From assembly GCA_003645695.1 (NCBI GenBank), contig QNBN01000002.1:1-41789 (forward strand): 41,789 bases of DNA. Direction: 5' to 3'. Position 1 is the stretch's first letter. Each line of letters begins with the position of its first letter. The stretch is from Spirochaetota bacterium (lineage in GTDB: Bacteria; Spirochaetota; B62-G9). Below the pieces are notes generated by a model. It was given only the letters and a program-made list of their open reading frames with translations. It did not search any database and was not told the origin of the DNA. The translations under genes and the position numbers were made by a program. Below are positions 20,815-32,097 of the stretch, piece by piece.

Positions 20815-20984
20815 CAATTTAGTTTATTAATTACAATATTATTTAAAAACCTCTAATATCTTTAGGATTTAAAACTTAAAGGATTGAAGTAAGACAAATA
20901 TATAACAGAAACACTATACTTTAGACATAAATTATCTGACAATAAGATATATAAGGTTCCTAAAAAAAACAACTAAATATTTAT

Positions 20985-21359
20985 TTAAGCCTTTGGCTTT
21001 TTAACACCATATTTAGAACGAGCTTTCTTTCTATTTTCTACACCAAGGGTGTCCAATGCACCCCTAATAATATGGTATCTAACACCAGGCAAATCTTTTA
21101 CCCTCCCACCTCTTATTAACACTACTGAGTGTTCCTGTAAATTATGCCCTATACCTGGTATGTATGCAGTTACTTCAATACCATTGGTCAACCTAACTCT
21201 TGCAACTTTACGCAAGGCAGAATTTGGTTTTTTTGGAGTAAAAGTCATAACCCTTGTGCAGACTCCTCTCTTTTGTGGACAACCCTTTAAAGCAGGCGAA
21301 CTCGTCTTTTTTATAACCTGTTTTCTTCCCTTTCTGATTAGCTGATTAACTGTTGGCAT
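20985..21359 (-). CDS. rpsL: 30S ribosomal protein S12
   Basis: [12 protein letters not shown]...[16 protein letters not shown] is canonical S12. Start set to the ATG at 21359 after AAAGAGG. The track's TTG adds 6 unlikely residues. Confidence 0.96.
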   Translation of the reverse strand: MPTVNQLIRKGRKQVIKKTSSPALKGCPQKRGVCTRVMTFTPKKPNSALRKVARVRLTNGIEVTAYIPGIGHNLQEHSVVLIRGGRVKDLPGVRYHIIRGALDTLGVENRKKARSKYGVKKPKA

Positions 21360-21387
21360 ACATACCTCTTTCTTCAAAATTGGTTGA

Positions 21388-21416
21388 AATATAATTTATA
21401 AACTACTTATAGTCAA
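21388..21416 (-). promoter_or_regulatory. Candidate sigma70-type promoter for rpsL (TTGACT-17-TATATT)
   Basis: Minus strand reads AAAATATTGACT, ATAAGTAGTTTATAAAT, TATATT, ending about 28 nt upstream of the rpsL ATG. Same hexamers and spacing as the rplK candidate. Confidence 0.5.
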
Positions 21417-21477
21417 TATTTTAATTAAAGTTTTGTTAATCAATGTTTATTGAGCCAAAGTCCTTATTCAATGCTTA

Positions 21478-21687
21478 TAGAATAGGTAAATACACTTTCA
21501 ATCATAATAAAAGACAAGTTTTGCCTATTCGTTTTATACCTATAAAAAATTAGATTTAAATATTCTTTGATATTTCGGTATTCTAATTAATCATAAATAC
21601 TGTTATTAAAAAATAAAATATTTTGCTCCACTAGAACAGAGAATGCTGGTACCAAAAACCGTGATTTTAATGAATAAAACCATAAAT
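21478..21687 (-). repeat. Intergenic repeat family, copy A (minus orientation), starting at the rpoC stop codon
   Basis: Matches copies E, B, C and D module by module (see findings): 24-mer and 18-mer exact matches to E, ACGGTTTTTG/GTACCAG/ATTCTCTGTT shared with B, 16-mer shared with D. Confidence 0.65.
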
Positions 21688-24600
21688 TAAAATACAGCAC
21701 CACCTATCTCTTCTTTGGTAATTACTTCTGTACCTTCAACTTTTTCCTTTATCTCTTCTGGGATCTCTATATCCCCAGGTTCATTCCTGTAGAGCTGCAC
21801 ATTTCTATAGTTCTTAATTCCAGTTCCCGCTGGAATCAAATGCCCAATAATGACATTCTCCTTTAATCCTCTTAAATGATCAACCTTACCTTTTATTGCA
21901 GCATTGGTTAAAACCCTTGATGTTTCCTGAAATGAAGCAGCAGATATAAAGCTGTCAATATTCAAAGCAGCCCTTGTAATTCCTAAAAGGACAGGTTTTG
22001 CATAAGCAGGGCTTCCTCCTAACTTCATGACCCTTTCATTCTCCTGCTGGAACTTGAACTTATCTATTTGCTGACCAATGATAAAATTGGTATCACCTAC
22101 GTCCACTATTTCTACCTTTCTCAACATCTGTCTAACTATAACACCTATATGTTTATCATTAATGTTAACTCCCTGTAATCTATAGACTTCCTGTATTTCG
22201 TTTACCAGCCAGCTCTGGAGAGCTTGCTCCCCAAGTATTTCAAGAATATCATGCGGGTTATAGGAACCATCACATATAGGATCTCCAGCTTTAACTTCGT
22301 CTCCATCCCTTACAGTGAAGTGCTTACCAAGGGGAACAACATGCTTAAACTCCTGTCCAAACTCATCTTCAATTATTATTACACGTTTACCCTTTGTTAT
22401 GGGGCCAAACTTAACAGTACCGTTAACTTTAGCAAGAATTGCAGCATCTTTTGGTTTTCTAGCCTCGAATAGTTCTGCTACTCTCGGCAAACCTCCAGTA
22501 ATATCCCTCGTTTTAGCCTGTCCACGAGGTATCTTAGCAATAATATCTCCAGCTTCTACCTTTTGGTTATCATCCACTGTTAAATAAGCTCCACCAGGGA
22601 TGTTGTAATTAGCAAGCTCATTCCCATTTTTGTCGATTATTTTTATCCTCGGTTGAAGTTCCTCGTCCTGGAAATCAAGAATAATATTGTTTACAACTCC
22701 TGTCACTTCATCCACCTCCTGCTTCATAGTGGTTCCAGGGATAATTGAATGAAGTTGTACAGTACCCGAGTATTCAGTCAATATAGGTTCTGAGAAAGGA
22801 TCAAACTTTGTTAAAGGTTTTTTAGTATCTACTATTTCACCTTCTTTTACCAGAACTTCAGATCCAGTTCTCAATGTTATCTGGTAAGGATCACCTAGTA
22901 AGTAGAGAATTCCATCTTTTATTAAAACTCTGGACCTTTCATGAGCGAGGATTTTCAAATTATCCTTTTTCGAAATACCTATTTCATGACCTGGCTCTAT
23001 ATAATCACCATCCTTAACCTTAACATCAATATCCTCTATGTTGTACTGGTGGAATATCCTATTAACCGTTACCATACCCCTACGAGGAATAACCTTCTTA
23101 CCATTCTTTTTGTTAATTATGTTAGCCTCAATTTTTTGAACAATTATAGGATAGTTTAATTTAATAGCATTTTCTTCAGCCTTCCTTGCTGCAGTACCAC
23201 CAATATGGAATGTTCTCATCGTCAACTGTGTCCCAGGTTGACCGATTGATTCTGCTGCTATAATACCAACTGCCTCACCAATATCTACTGTTTTTTTAGA
23301 CGCTAAATTTCTACCGTAACATTTTTTACATACACCATGTTCTGATTCACATGTTAATACAGTTCTTACTTTTACCTTTGTTATTCCAGAATTCTCGATT
23401 TTCCTTGCTATTTCCTCAGTTATCTCCTCATTAGCTTCTATTATTATTTCCTTTGTTCTAGGGTCTCTAACCCTATCTACCGTATATCGACCTACTATTC
23501 TGTCAAATAGAGATTCAATAATATTATCCTCTTCCATCAACGCACTCATCTCAATTCCATTAATTGTACCACAGTCTTCTTCTGTAACCACAACGTCTTG
23601 AGCAATATCTACCAGCCTTCTTGTTAAATATCCGGCATCTGCTGTTTTGAGAGCTGTATCAGCTAGACCTTTTCTCGCTCCATGGGTTGAGTTAAAATAT
23701 TCCAAAACCGTAAGCCCTTCTCTGAAGTTTGATTTAATGGGGAGTTCGATAATCTCACCAGAAGGTTTAGCCATAAGGCCTCTCATACCAGCGAGTTGCC
23801 TAATCTGTGTTTTTGAACCTCTCGCACCTGAATGAGCCATCATATACACAGGATTAAAACCATTCCTGTCCTTCTTCAATTCTTCCATCATAAAATCCGC
23901 AATTTTATCATTAACGGTTGTCCAAATATCAATTACTTTATTATACCTTTCCTCATTGGTTATTAACCCACTTCTATACTGCTCATAAACTTCAGCTACT
24001 TCTTTTTCAGCTTTTTCAATAAGTTCCTTTTTTTCTTTTGGTATTTTTATATCTTCAAGCCCTATTGTGATTCCAAATCGAGTTGCATATTTAAATCCTA
24101 TCTCTTTAACTGCATCAAGCATTTTTGCTGTAACGGCAGCTCCATTTTTATCATAGGATTCCGCAACAAGGGCATTTAACTCTTTCTCACCACAGGCATA
24201 GTTTACGTATCCAATCTCCTTCGGAAGTATAGAATTAAACACTACCCTACCAACAGTAGTTTCAATTTTTTCTCCATTATGTCTTAATAAAATCTTATCA
24301 TGGTAATCGCAGCCACCATTCTCCAGCGCAATAAGAACCTCTTCTATCGAACCATAATACTTTGGTTTTTCTCCTTCTTTTTTTGGGTCATCCTTGGTGA
24401 GATAATAGATCCCAAGTACCATATCCTGAGTCGGTCCAACAATAGGCAACCCATTAGCAGGGTTTAACAGGTTCTTAGAAGAAAGCATTAAAATCCATGA
24501 TTCAATCTGCGCTTCAAGCGACAGAGGAACATGAACAGCCATCTGATCCCCATCAAAGTCTGCATTAAAGGCATGACAAACCAGAGGATGAAGTTTTATA

Positions 24601-25904
24601 GCTTTCCCTTCAACCAAAACTGGCTCAAAAGCCTGAATACCCATTCTATGCAAAGTAGGTGCCCTGTTTAGTAACACGGGGTGTTCTGAAACCACCTCCT
24701 CGAGAACACTCCACACTTCCGGAGACCTCTGTTCAACCATCGTTTTAGCACGTTTTATATTATAAACTACTCCTTTATCCACCAATTTTTTCATAATAAA
24801 AGGCTTAAATAACTCCATAGCCATAAGGCTTGGAAGCCCACATTGATGCATTTTCAACATTGGACCCGAAACAATAACGGATCTGCCAGAGTAATCCACC
24901 CTTTTTCCAAGAAGATTCTGCCTGAATCTACCCTGCTTTCCCTTAAGCATGTCAGCAAGAGACTTTAAAGGCCTGTTTCCAGGACCTCTCACCACTCTCT
25001 TTTTTCTACTGTTGTCAAACAGAGCATCAACAGCTTCTTGAAGCATTCTCTTTTCGTTTCTCACAATTATCTCTGGTGCATTAAGTGCAATAAGCCTCTT
25101 TAATCTGTTATTCCTATTGATAACTCTTCTGTAAAGGTCATTTAAGTCAGAGGTAGCAAACCTCCCCCCATCAAGTTGAACCATAGGTCTTAATTCTGGT
25201 GGAATTACAGGAATAACATCCATTATCATCCACTCGGGTTTATTCCCAGAATCTCTAAAATCTTCAACAATCTCAAGCCTCTTCAAGAGCCTTTTATCTG
25301 CTTTTGGGCCTTTCTCTATCATTTTTTCCCTAAGCTCCTGGGCAAGGGCATCTAGATCCAAACTAGATAGCAGAGTTTTAATAGCATCTGCACCAATCCC
25401 GGCTGTAAAGGTCATACCATATCTATCTCTGTACTCCATATACTCCTCTTCTGTAAGAAGCTGCATTTTCTTTAAATCTGTGTCGCCAGGATCTATTACT
25501 ATGTATTTTTCAAAATACAGTACACTCCTTAGCTCGGTCATTGAAAGATCAAGCAATAGCCCCATTCTTGAAGGAACACTTCTGTAAAACCATATGTGTG
25601 ATACAGGAGCGGCAAGCTCAATGTGCCCCATTCTCTCTCTTCTAACTTTAAAGTGGGTTACCTCAACCCCACACCTGTCACAAACCACTCCTTTATATCT
25701 TATACTTTTAAACTTGCCACAGTAGCATTCATACTCTTTTGTAGTTCCAAAGATCCTTTCACAGAAAAGACCATCCCGTTCCGGTCTAAGAGTTCTATAA
25801 TTGATAGTTTCAGGTTTTTTAACCTCACCGTAAGACCACTTTCTAATAAGGTCCGGTGAAGCTAATTTAATCTGTATCTTTGAAAATTCTTTTACGTTTT
25901 TCAT
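21687..25904 (-). CDS. rpoC: DNA-directed RNA polymerase subunit beta'
   Basis: 1405 aa with NADFDGDQM active site and zinc-binding CxCGK...CxxCGV N-terminus. The trigger-loop region carries a lineage-type insertion. Confidence 0.98.
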   Translation of the reverse strand: MKNVKEFSKIQIKLASPDLIRKWSYGEVKKPETINYRTLRPERDGLFCERIFGTTKEYECYCGKFKSIRYKGVVCDRCGVEVTHFKVRRERMGHIELAAPVSHIWFYRSVPSRMGLLLDLSMTELRSVLYFEKYIVIDPGDTDLKKMQLLTEEEYMEYRDRYGMTFTAGIGADAIKTLLSSLDLDALAQELREKMIEKGPKADKRLLKRLEIVEDFRDSGNKPEWMIMDVIPVIPPELRPMVQLDGGRFATSDLNDLYRRVINRNNRLKRLIALNAPEIIVRNEKRMLQEAVDALFDNSRKKRVVRGPGNRPLKSLADMLKGKQGRFRQNLLGKRVDYSGRSVIVSGPMLKMHQCGLPSLMAMELFKPFIMKKLVDKGVVYNIKRAKTMVEQRSPEVWSVLEEVVSEHPVLLNRAPTLHRMGIQAFEPVLVEGKAIKLHPLVCHAFNADFDGDQMAVHVPLSLEAQIESWILMLSSKNLLNPANGLPIVGPTQDMVLGIYYLTKDDPKKEGEKPKYYGSIEEVLIALENGGCDYHDKILLRHNGEKIETTVGRVVFNSILPKEIGYVNYACGEKELNALVAESYDKNGAAVTAKMLDAVKEIGFKYATRFGITIGLEDIKIPKEKKELIEKAEKEVAEVYEQYRSGLITNEERYNKVIDIWTTVNDKIADFMMEELKKDRNGFNPVYMMAHSGARGSKTQIRQLAGMRGLMAKPSGEIIELPIKSNFREGLTVLEYFNSTHGARKGLADTALKTADAGYLTRRLVDIAQDVVVTEEDCGTINGIEMSALMEEDNIIESLFDRIVGRYTVDRVRDPRTKEIIIEANEEITEEIARKIENSGITKVKVRTVLTCESEHGVCKKCYGRNLASKKTVDIGEAVGIIAAESIGQPGTQLTMRTFHIGGTAARKAEENAIKLNYPIIVQKIEANIINKKNGKKVIPRRGMVTVNRIFHQYNIEDIDVKVKDGDYIEPGHEIGISKKDNLKILAHERSRVLIKDGILYLLGDPYQITLRTGSEVLVKEGEIVDTKKPLTKFDPFSEPILTEYSGTVQLHSIIPGTTMKQEVDEVTGVVNNIILDFQDEELQPRIKIIDKNGNELANYNIPGGAYLTVDDNQKVEAGDIIAKIPRGQAKTRDITGGLPRVAELFEARKPKDAAILAKVNGTVKFGPITKGKRVIIIEDEFGQEFKHVVPLGKHFTVRDGDEVKAGDPICDGSYNPHDILEILGEQALQSWLVNEIQEVYRLQGVNINDKHIGVIVRQMLRKVEIVDVGDTNFIIGQQIDKFKFQQENERVMKLGGSPAYAKPVLLGITRAALNIDSFISAASFQETSRVLTNAAIKGKVDHLRGLKENVIIGHLIPAGTGIKNYRNVQLYRNEPGDIEIPEEIKEKVEGTEVITKEEIGGAVF

Positions 25905-25977
25905 TTAACTCCCTCTTTTTTTGGATTTAATAAAAATCCACATCAGATAGCATTAGGCAAAACATGTTCCCTTTAAA

Positions 25978-28900
25978 CTACTTGTTCGGGTCAAGTTTGA
26001 CTGAGCTACTTGCAATTATCTGTTCATCCCTCTCCGTCAATGGGATCGGGTTATTATCTTCATCATAAATTGTTATATCAAGACCAAGACCTCTTAACTC
26101 CTGAACAAGCACATTGAAGGACTCAGGAATACCTGTCATTGCAACATTTTCACCTTTAACAATAGCTTCGTATATCTTAGCCCTACCTGTCATATCATCA
26201 GATTTAACAGTTAAAAGTTCTTGCAGGTTATTAGCAGCCCCATAGGCTTCCAGAGCCCATACCTCCATTTCACCAAGTCTCTGACCTCCGAATTGAGCTT
26301 TTCCACCAAGAGGTTGTTGTGTTACAAGCGAGTAAGGTCCGGTTGATCTCGCATGAATCTTATCATCAACAAGGTGTGCAAGTTTCAACATATAGATAAC
26401 TCCAACCGTTACCTCGTTTTTAAATGGCTCTCCAGTTAACCCGTCGTATAGTATAGTTTTGCTGTTCAAAGGCAGACCTGCTTTTTTCATATACTCATGG
26501 ATCTGCTCTTCAGATGCACTCTCGAATACAGGCGTACTTACATGTATATCGAGTTTATCCGCTGCCCAGCCAAGATTTAACTCAAGAATCTGTCCAAGAT
26601 TCATTCTTGACGGGACTCCAAGGGGATTCAAAACTATATCCACCGGTGTTCCATCAGGCAAAAATGGCATATCCTCTTCAGGTAGTATTCTCGCAACAAC
26701 TCCTTTATTCCCATGTCTTCCAGCAAGCTTGTCCCCTTCTTGCAGTTTTCTCTTTGTTGCGATATATACCTTTACTACTTCCTCAACCCCAGGTGGAAGT
26801 TCATCTCCATCTTCACGCCTTAACCTTTTTATATCTATAACCGTACCCTCAGATCCGTGAGGAACCCTCAGAGATGTATCTTTTACATTCTTGGCCTTTT
26901 CACCAAATATAGAGTTAAGCAATTTATACTCTGGTGTAACATCCGTTTCGCCTTTTGGTGTAACTTTACCAACCAGTATTGATCCTGGCCTTACCTTAGC
27001 ACCAATTCTAACTATACCTTCATCGTCAAGATCTTTAAACGCTTCTTCACTAACATTAGGAATATCTTTGGTTATATTTTCCATTCCCAGTTTTGTTTCC
27101 CTTACTTCAACTTCAAACTCTTCTATATGGATTGAGGTAAAAAGATCATCTTTTACAACCTTTTCACTCATGAGGATAGCATCTTCATAGTTATAGCCCA
27201 TCCATGGCACAAAAGCAACAAGAACATTTTTACCAAGAGCGAGCTCCCCCATATCCGTAGCCGGCCCGTCAGCTATAATATCACCTTTCTCCACGATTTC
27301 TCCCTCTGTTACTATGGGCTTCTGGTTGAAGCATGTATCCTGGTTTGTTCTTTTAAACTTAATTAACCTGTATATATCAAGATTGTCTGAATTCTCAGGT
27401 TTAATTCTTATTTCTGTAGAGGAAACATACACAACCTTTCCAGCCCTTTTTGCTTTTACAACAACTCCAGAATCGTTTGCAGTCCTCCATTCCATTCCAG
27501 TTCCAATTCTTGGCGCTTCGGATTTTAATAAAGGAACAGCCTGTCTCTGCATGTTTGAACCCATAAGAGCCCTGTTTGCATCATCATGTTCAAGAAATGG
27601 AATTAGCGAGGTAGAAACACTGATAATTTGCTTTGGTGATACATCAATATAGTGTATTTCCTGTGGGGTAACAGTCAAGAACTCACCCCTGTGCCTTGCG
27701 GCTATATATTTATCCTCGAATTCTCCCTTTTCATTAACCTTAGCACCAGCCTGTGCGATGTTATATTTTTCTTCATCCATTGCCGTTAGATACTCAATCT
27801 GATCGGTTACCCTACCATTAATTACCTTTCTGTAGGGGGTCTCAAGAAATCCATACTTATTTACCCGTGCATAGATGGCTAAAGAAACTATAAGCCCTAT
27901 ATTAGGGCCTTCAGGTGTTTCGATAGGGCAAACTCTACCGTAATGACTGTAATGAACATCTCTAACTTCAAACCCTGCTCGTTCCCTTGAGAGCCCTCCT
28001 GGCCCCAATGCATTTAACCTTCTCTTGTGTGTTAATTCGGAAAGAGGATTAACCTGATCCATAAATTGTGAAAGCTGGCTTGAACCAAAAAACTCTTTTA
28101 TTGCAGCTGTAATAGGTTTAATGCTTATAAGATCCTGAGGTCTTATTGTATCTGCTTCTTTTATTGCCATTCTCTCTTTTGCAATTCTTTCCATCCTCGC
28201 AAAACCGATCTTGAGTTGATTCATCAAAAGTTCACCAACGGATCGAACCCTCCGGTTTCCAAGATGGTCTATATTATCAATAACCCCCTCACCAATAAAA
28301 ACTTTAATGAGGTATTTCATTGTATTTATGATATCTTCTTTTCTTAAAACTCTATCTGTGATCTCTTCTTCATATTCAAACTTTTTATTCAGTTTATATC
28401 TTCCGACTTCACCAAGGTCATACCTTCTGGGATCAAAGAATATCGTAGATATATCATTCTGAGCATTTTCAAGAGTGGTTGGTTCCCCAGGATGGATTAC
28501 TGAATAAACCTTTATAATAGCATCCTCCCTTGAAGGTTCATCTTTAAAAGGATTATCAGGGTCTTTGGGAAAATCTTCTTTATCCAAACAATTTATAATA
28601 ACCGTTGAATTCAGGCTATCCGCAGCCTCAAAATCTATAACCTCTATCTCATTGATTCCAGCCCTCAATAAAGTATCCAATGTGGTCGGAATTAACCTTT
28701 CTCCAGCTCTTACAAGCTTTTCATCCTTCCCTTTACCATAATATGTTTTAGCAGAATACATGTTGTTGAGAGTTCCCTCAGCAATAATATCTTCAGTAAT
28801 CTTTTCCTTTTGAGTTTTATAAAAAAGAGCAATGATTTCATCTCTTGTTTCATATTCGATAGCCCTTAAGAGGGTAGTCGCTAATATTCTTCTTTTTCTA

Positions 28901-29466
28901 TCTATTCTTATGTATAGCAGTTCTTTTCTATTTTCCAATTCAAATTCAAGCCAAGATCCTCTATCAGGTATTATCCTGGCTGTGTGCATATGGTCTTTCT
29001 CTTCGTACCCAAAAACAACACCAGGCGACCTATGAATCTGGCTAACAACAACCCGTTCAGCCCCATTTATAATAAACGTCCCCCTATCAGTCATAAGAGG
29101 GATATCTCCCATATATAGTATCTTTCTTCTTATCTCTCCCGTTTCAGTAAATATTAAATCTATTGTAACTTTCAATGGAAGGGCATAAGTTAAACCCTTT
29201 TCTTTGCACTCCATCTCATTATATTTTGGTTCATCAAAGGAGTAACCACCGTATTGGAGCACCATATCTCCATTTGGAGATTCTATAGGAAAGGTTGTCC
29301 GAAAAACTGCTTCAAGCCCCTGGTCTTCAAGTGGCTCCCCATTAAATAGTTTTTCCCTCTGAAGAAAACTTTCATAGGATTTAAGCTGTATTTCAATTAA
29401 GTTCGGTATTTCAAGTAATTCTTTACTTGGTTTACCTATATGTACTCTTTTTCTCTTTAGCTTCAT
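25978..29466 (-). CDS. rpoB: DNA-directed RNA polymerase subunit beta
   Basis: 1162 aa with conserved beta segments ([31 protein letters not shown]). Confidence 0.98.
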   Translation of the reverse strand: MKLKRKRVHIGKPSKELLEIPNLIEIQLKSYESFLQREKLFNGEPLEDQGLEAVFRTTFPIESPNGDMVLQYGGYSFDEPKYNEMECKEKGLTYALPLKVTIDLIFTETGEIRRKILYMGDIPLMTDRGTFIINGAERVVVSQIHRSPGVVFGYEEKDHMHTARIIPDRGSWLEFELENRKELLYIRIDRKRRILATTLLRAIEYETRDEIIALFYKTQKEKITEDIIAEGTLNNMYSAKTYYGKGKDEKLVRAGERLIPTTLDTLLRAGINEIEVIDFEAADSLNSTVIINCLDKEDFPKDPDNPFKDEPSREDAIIKVYSVIHPGEPTTLENAQNDISTIFFDPRRYDLGEVGRYKLNKKFEYEEEITDRVLRKEDIINTMKYLIKVFIGEGVIDNIDHLGNRRVRSVGELLMNQLKIGFARMERIAKERMAIKEADTIRPQDLISIKPITAAIKEFFGSSQLSQFMDQVNPLSELTHKRRLNALGPGGLSRERAGFEVRDVHYSHYGRVCPIETPEGPNIGLIVSLAIYARVNKYGFLETPYRKVINGRVTDQIEYLTAMDEEKYNIAQAGAKVNEKGEFEDKYIAARHRGEFLTVTPQEIHYIDVSPKQIISVSTSLIPFLEHDDANRALMGSNMQRQAVPLLKSEAPRIGTGMEWRTANDSGVVVKAKRAGKVVYVSSTEIRIKPENSDNLDIYRLIKFKRTNQDTCFNQKPIVTEGEIVEKGDIIADGPATDMGELALGKNVLVAFVPWMGYNYEDAILMSEKVVKDDLFTSIHIEEFEVEVRETKLGMENITKDIPNVSEEAFKDLDDEGIVRIGAKVRPGSILVGKVTPKGETDVTPEYKLLNSIFGEKAKNVKDTSLRVPHGSEGTVIDIKRLRREDGDELPPGVEEVVKVYIATKRKLQEGDKLAGRHGNKGVVARILPEEDMPFLPDGTPVDIVLNPLGVPSRMNLGQILELNLGWAADKLDIHVSTPVFESASEEQIHEYMKKAGLPLNSKTILYDGLTGEPFKNEVTVGVIYMLKLAHLVDDKIHARSTGPYSLVTQQPLGGKAQFGGQRLGEMEVWALEAYGAANNLQELLTVKSDDMTGRAKIYEAIVKGENVAMTGIPESFNVLVQELRGLGLDITIYDEDNNPIPLTERDEQIIASSSVKLDPNK

Positions 29467-29735
29467 AAAAACCTCTCTTATAGTACTATTTTGTTTTGTA
29501 GGAAGGTTAAAATTGGTGTTTGTCCAATCATAATTATCAAAAGAAGTGCCTTTTTACAATTTTTGCGATACACAGCAAATATTGTACCGTAAAATTTCAA
29601 ACAAACTAAAATATAATAAATTTTTTATAAAAAGGCGATTATCAAATAATGAATTTTCAAAATATTTTGTATTTTTCTACAAAATCTAACATCTATCGCC
29701 ATTTAATCATGTAATATTTCTGTGTTTCTTTAGAT

Positions 29736-29781
29736 AAAAGAATTCACACAAAAGGGATCACCCTTTTGTGTGAATTCTTTT
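29736..29781 (-). terminator. Perfect 21-bp hairpin (attenuator/terminator) between rplL and rpoB
   Basis: AAAAGAATTCACACAAAAGGG-ATCA-CCCTTTTGTGTGAATTCTTTT. Symmetric, so it folds on either strand with a U-run at the 3' side. Lies 37 nt downstream of the rplL stop. Confidence 0.7.
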
Positions 29782-29817
29782 AACATAGTATCAAACAGAT
29801 TTTTCTTAAAAAACTAT

Positions 29818-30216
29818 TTATCTTAATTCTACAGTAGCACCTGCCGCTTCAAGTTTTCCCTTTACCTCTTCAGCGGTTTTTTTATCAACATTTTCAACAA
29901 CAGGTTTTGACATACTCTCTACCAGTTCTTTTGCCTCTTTCAGTCCAAGGCTCGTTATTGCTCTAACCTCTTTTATCACCTGTATCTTCTTATCTCCGAT
30001 GGCGGTTATAAAAACTGAAAACTCAGTTTTTTCTTCTTCTCCACCACCCTCTGCCCCTGCGGCTGGAGCTACGCCAGCAGCGGCGACGACAGCCGGAGCC
30101 TGTGCACTTACCCCAAACTTTTCTTCAAGAGCCTTAACAAGCTCTGCCAGTTCCAAAACTGTCATGTTTTCAATTGCACTAATTAAATCTTCTTTTGTGA
30201 GTTTTTCATTTGCCAT
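29818..30216 (-). CDS. rplL: 50S ribosomal protein L7/L12
   Basis: Ala/Gly/Glu hinge and C-terminal domain ([24 protein letters not shown]...GATVELR). Confidence 0.96.
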   Translation of the reverse strand: MANEKLTKEDLISAIENMTVLELAELVKALEEKFGVSAQAPAVVAAAGVAPAAGAEGGGEEEKTEFSVFITAIGDKKIQVIKEVRAITSLGLKEAKELVESMSKPVVENVDKKTAEEVKGKLEAAGATVELR

Positions 30217-30305
30217 ATTATCTTCTCCTCCCTAATTTATTACAGAAGCGGATGCAGGCAAATCTTTTGAAGACATCCTATTCTGATATTTTTTTATTAA
30301 TTCAA

Positions 30306-30821
30306 TTACTTTTGTTTCTTATCCTCTATTGCCTTTAAGGTTCTAACAAACTTGGATAAAACTCCACTCAACGTAAATACAAGGCCTGAAATCGGGGCAT
30401 TCATCAGCCCAACTGTTTGTGCAATGAGAACTTCCCTTGATGGCAATTTTGAAATGGCCAATAATTCTTCTGATGAGTATATACTTCCGTCTGAATATCC
30501 TCCTTTAACCTCAAGATTAGTTTCATCAGCCGATTTAACAATAATTTTTGCAATTTCCGTTATATCCGAGTTAAAATAAGCCAGAGCTGTTGGTTCGATA
30601 AGAAAACCATCAAGGCCTTCATAGCCAAACTCATTAAAAATTCTTTTAACAAATCTATTTTTTACAACATGGTACTGCGCATCTTTTTCCCTCAATTTAT
30701 TCCTAAGGTCTGTGATCTGCTCCACATTTAAACCTCTATAATTTGTAAATATAAAACTTCTGTATTGTTTGAGCTCATTCTTTAGCTTTTCCAATTTCTC
30801 TATCTTGTATTTATGAGGCAT
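30306..30821 (-). CDS. rplJ: 50S ribosomal protein L10
   Basis: 171 aa between rplA and rplL. L10-like (FIFTNYRGLNVEQITDLRNKLRE). Confidence 0.93.
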   Translation of the reverse strand: MPHKYKIEKLEKLKNELKQYRSFIFTNYRGLNVEQITDLRNKLREKDAQYHVVKNRFVKRIFNEFGYEGLDGFLIEPTALAYFNSDITEIAKIIVKSADETNLEVKGGYSDGSIYSSEELLAISKLPSREVLIAQTVGLMNAPISGLVFTLSGVLSKFVRTLKAIEDKKQK

Positions 30822-30870
30822 TCCTATCTCCTAAACTTAAATATCATAAATATATCGTCTATGATGATTT

Positions 30871-31551
30871 TTAAGCAATTTTTCTGTAATCCACTTTAAT
30901 TCCCGGGCTCATGGTTGAAGCAATGTAGACAGACTTAATAAACTCCCCTTTTAAATCTGCTGGTCTCTTCTGAAGAACAGTTTCATAAAGGGTGGTACAA
31001 TTTTCTATTAACGCATTGTCATCCATTGATAGTTTTCCGATTCCTAAATGAATTATCTTGGTCTTGTCCGCTCTAAATTCAACTCTACCTTTTTTTAATT
31101 CTTTTACTGTTTCTTTAATAGCATTTGTTACAGTATGTGCCTTAGGATTTGGCATCAAACCTCTTTTACCCAATAACTGTCCTATTTTACCAACTTCTTT
31201 CATCATATCCGGAGTTGCTACTGCCACATCAAAATTGAACCATCCTGATTTGATTTTCTCGATTAAATCAGTATCTCCAACATAATCTGCCCCTGCTTCC
31301 TCTGCTTCCTTTGCCTTATCAGCTTTAGCAAATACGAGAACCTTTATCTCTTTTCCAGTTCCATGAGGAAGAACAACTGTATCCCTGACTGTATGTTTTT
31401 GGAGTATATTAAGATTAATAGCAATCTCTACACTCTCATCAAAATTGACATAGTGAATTTCTTTTAATAATTTAATAGCTTCGCCCAACTCATATGCCTT
31501 TGTTCTATCTATTTTTTCTAAAGCATCCCTATACTTTTTTCCATGCTTCAC
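30871..31551 (-). CDS. rplA: 50S ribosomal protein L1
   Basis: KHGKKYRDALEKID...LPHGTGKEIKVLVFA...GPRGLMPNPK-like, typical L1. GTG start 7 nt after AAGGAG. Confidence 0.95.
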   Translation of the reverse strand: MKHGKKYRDALEKIDRTKAYELGEAIKLLKEIHYVNFDESVEIAINLNILQKHTVRDTVVLPHGTGKEIKVLVFAKADKAKEAEEAGADYVGDTDLIEKIKSGWFNFDVAVATPDMMKEVGKIGQLLGKRGLMPNPKAHTVTNAIKETVKELKKGRVEFRADKTKIIHLGIGKLSMDDNALIENCTTLYETVLQKRPADLKGEFIKSVYIASTMSPGIKVDYRKIA

Positions 31552-31583
31552 TTCGATACTCCTTATATATGCCTGATTATTGG

Positions 31584-32015
31584 TTAAGCAACTTCAATCT
31601 CAACGCCCATACTTTGGGCAGTTCCAGCTATGATTTTTTTGGCAGCTTCAATATCATTTGCATTAAGATCCGGCATTTTAGTCTTTGCTATCTCCTCAAG
31701 CTGGTCCTGCTTCAATATACCTACTTTATTTTTATTAGGTTCTCCTGATCCTTTTTCAATAGTTAAAGCCTTTTTTATCAACACTGCCGCCGGTGGCGTT
31801 TTTGTGATAAAGGTAAAAGAATTATCCTCGTAAACCGTTATGACAACTGGTATTATTGTACCCTTTTGCGATTCTGTCTTAGAATTAAATGCCTTACAAA
31901 ACTCCATTATATTGACGCTATGCTGTCCAAGAGCAGGACCAACAGGAGGAGCAGGATTTGCTTCCCCTGCAGGAATTTGGAGTTTTATTATAGCTTTTAC
32001 CTTTTTTTTAGCCAT
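31584..32015 (-). CDS. rplK: 50S ribosomal protein L11
   Basis: [35 protein letters not shown] is canonical L11. Confidence 0.96.
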   Translation of the reverse strand: MAKKKVKAIIKLQIPAGEANPAPPVGPALGQHSVNIMEFCKAFNSKTESQKGTIIPVVITVYEDNSFTFITKTPPAAVLIKKALTIEKGSGEPNKNKVGILKQDQLEEIAKTKMPDLNANDIEAAKKIIAGTAQSMGVEIEVA

Positions 32016-32068
32016 TTTTGTTTCCTAATTTGTATGTTAATTAATTTCAATCCGCATATTGGGAGCTT

Positions 32069-32097
32069 AATATAATTATATAAAACTGTACAGTCAA
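32069..32097 (-). promoter_or_regulatory. Candidate sigma70-type promoter for rplK (TTGACT-17-TATATT)
   Basis: Hexamers at 32092-32097 and 32069-32074 (reverse complement) with a 17-nt spacer, about 55 nt upstream of the rplK ATG. Confidence 0.45.

Noticed and set aside
21636-21662. Sigma-54 (-24/-12) promoter reading of the conserved CTGGTAC core of the repeat
   Set aside because: The GG is present, but the position where TTGC should lie reads GTTA, CCGT or ATAA in the different copies, and spacing does not fit TGGCAC-N5-TTGC. One copy has TGTAC rather than TGG.
25922-25940. TGGATTT-AATAA-AAATCCA hairpin between rpoB and rpoC as a terminator
   Set aside because: On the coding (minus) strand the hairpin is followed by an A-run, not a U-run. 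The T-run precedes it on the plus strand. It is more likely an incidental or processing structure in the 73-nt rpoB-rpoC junction.
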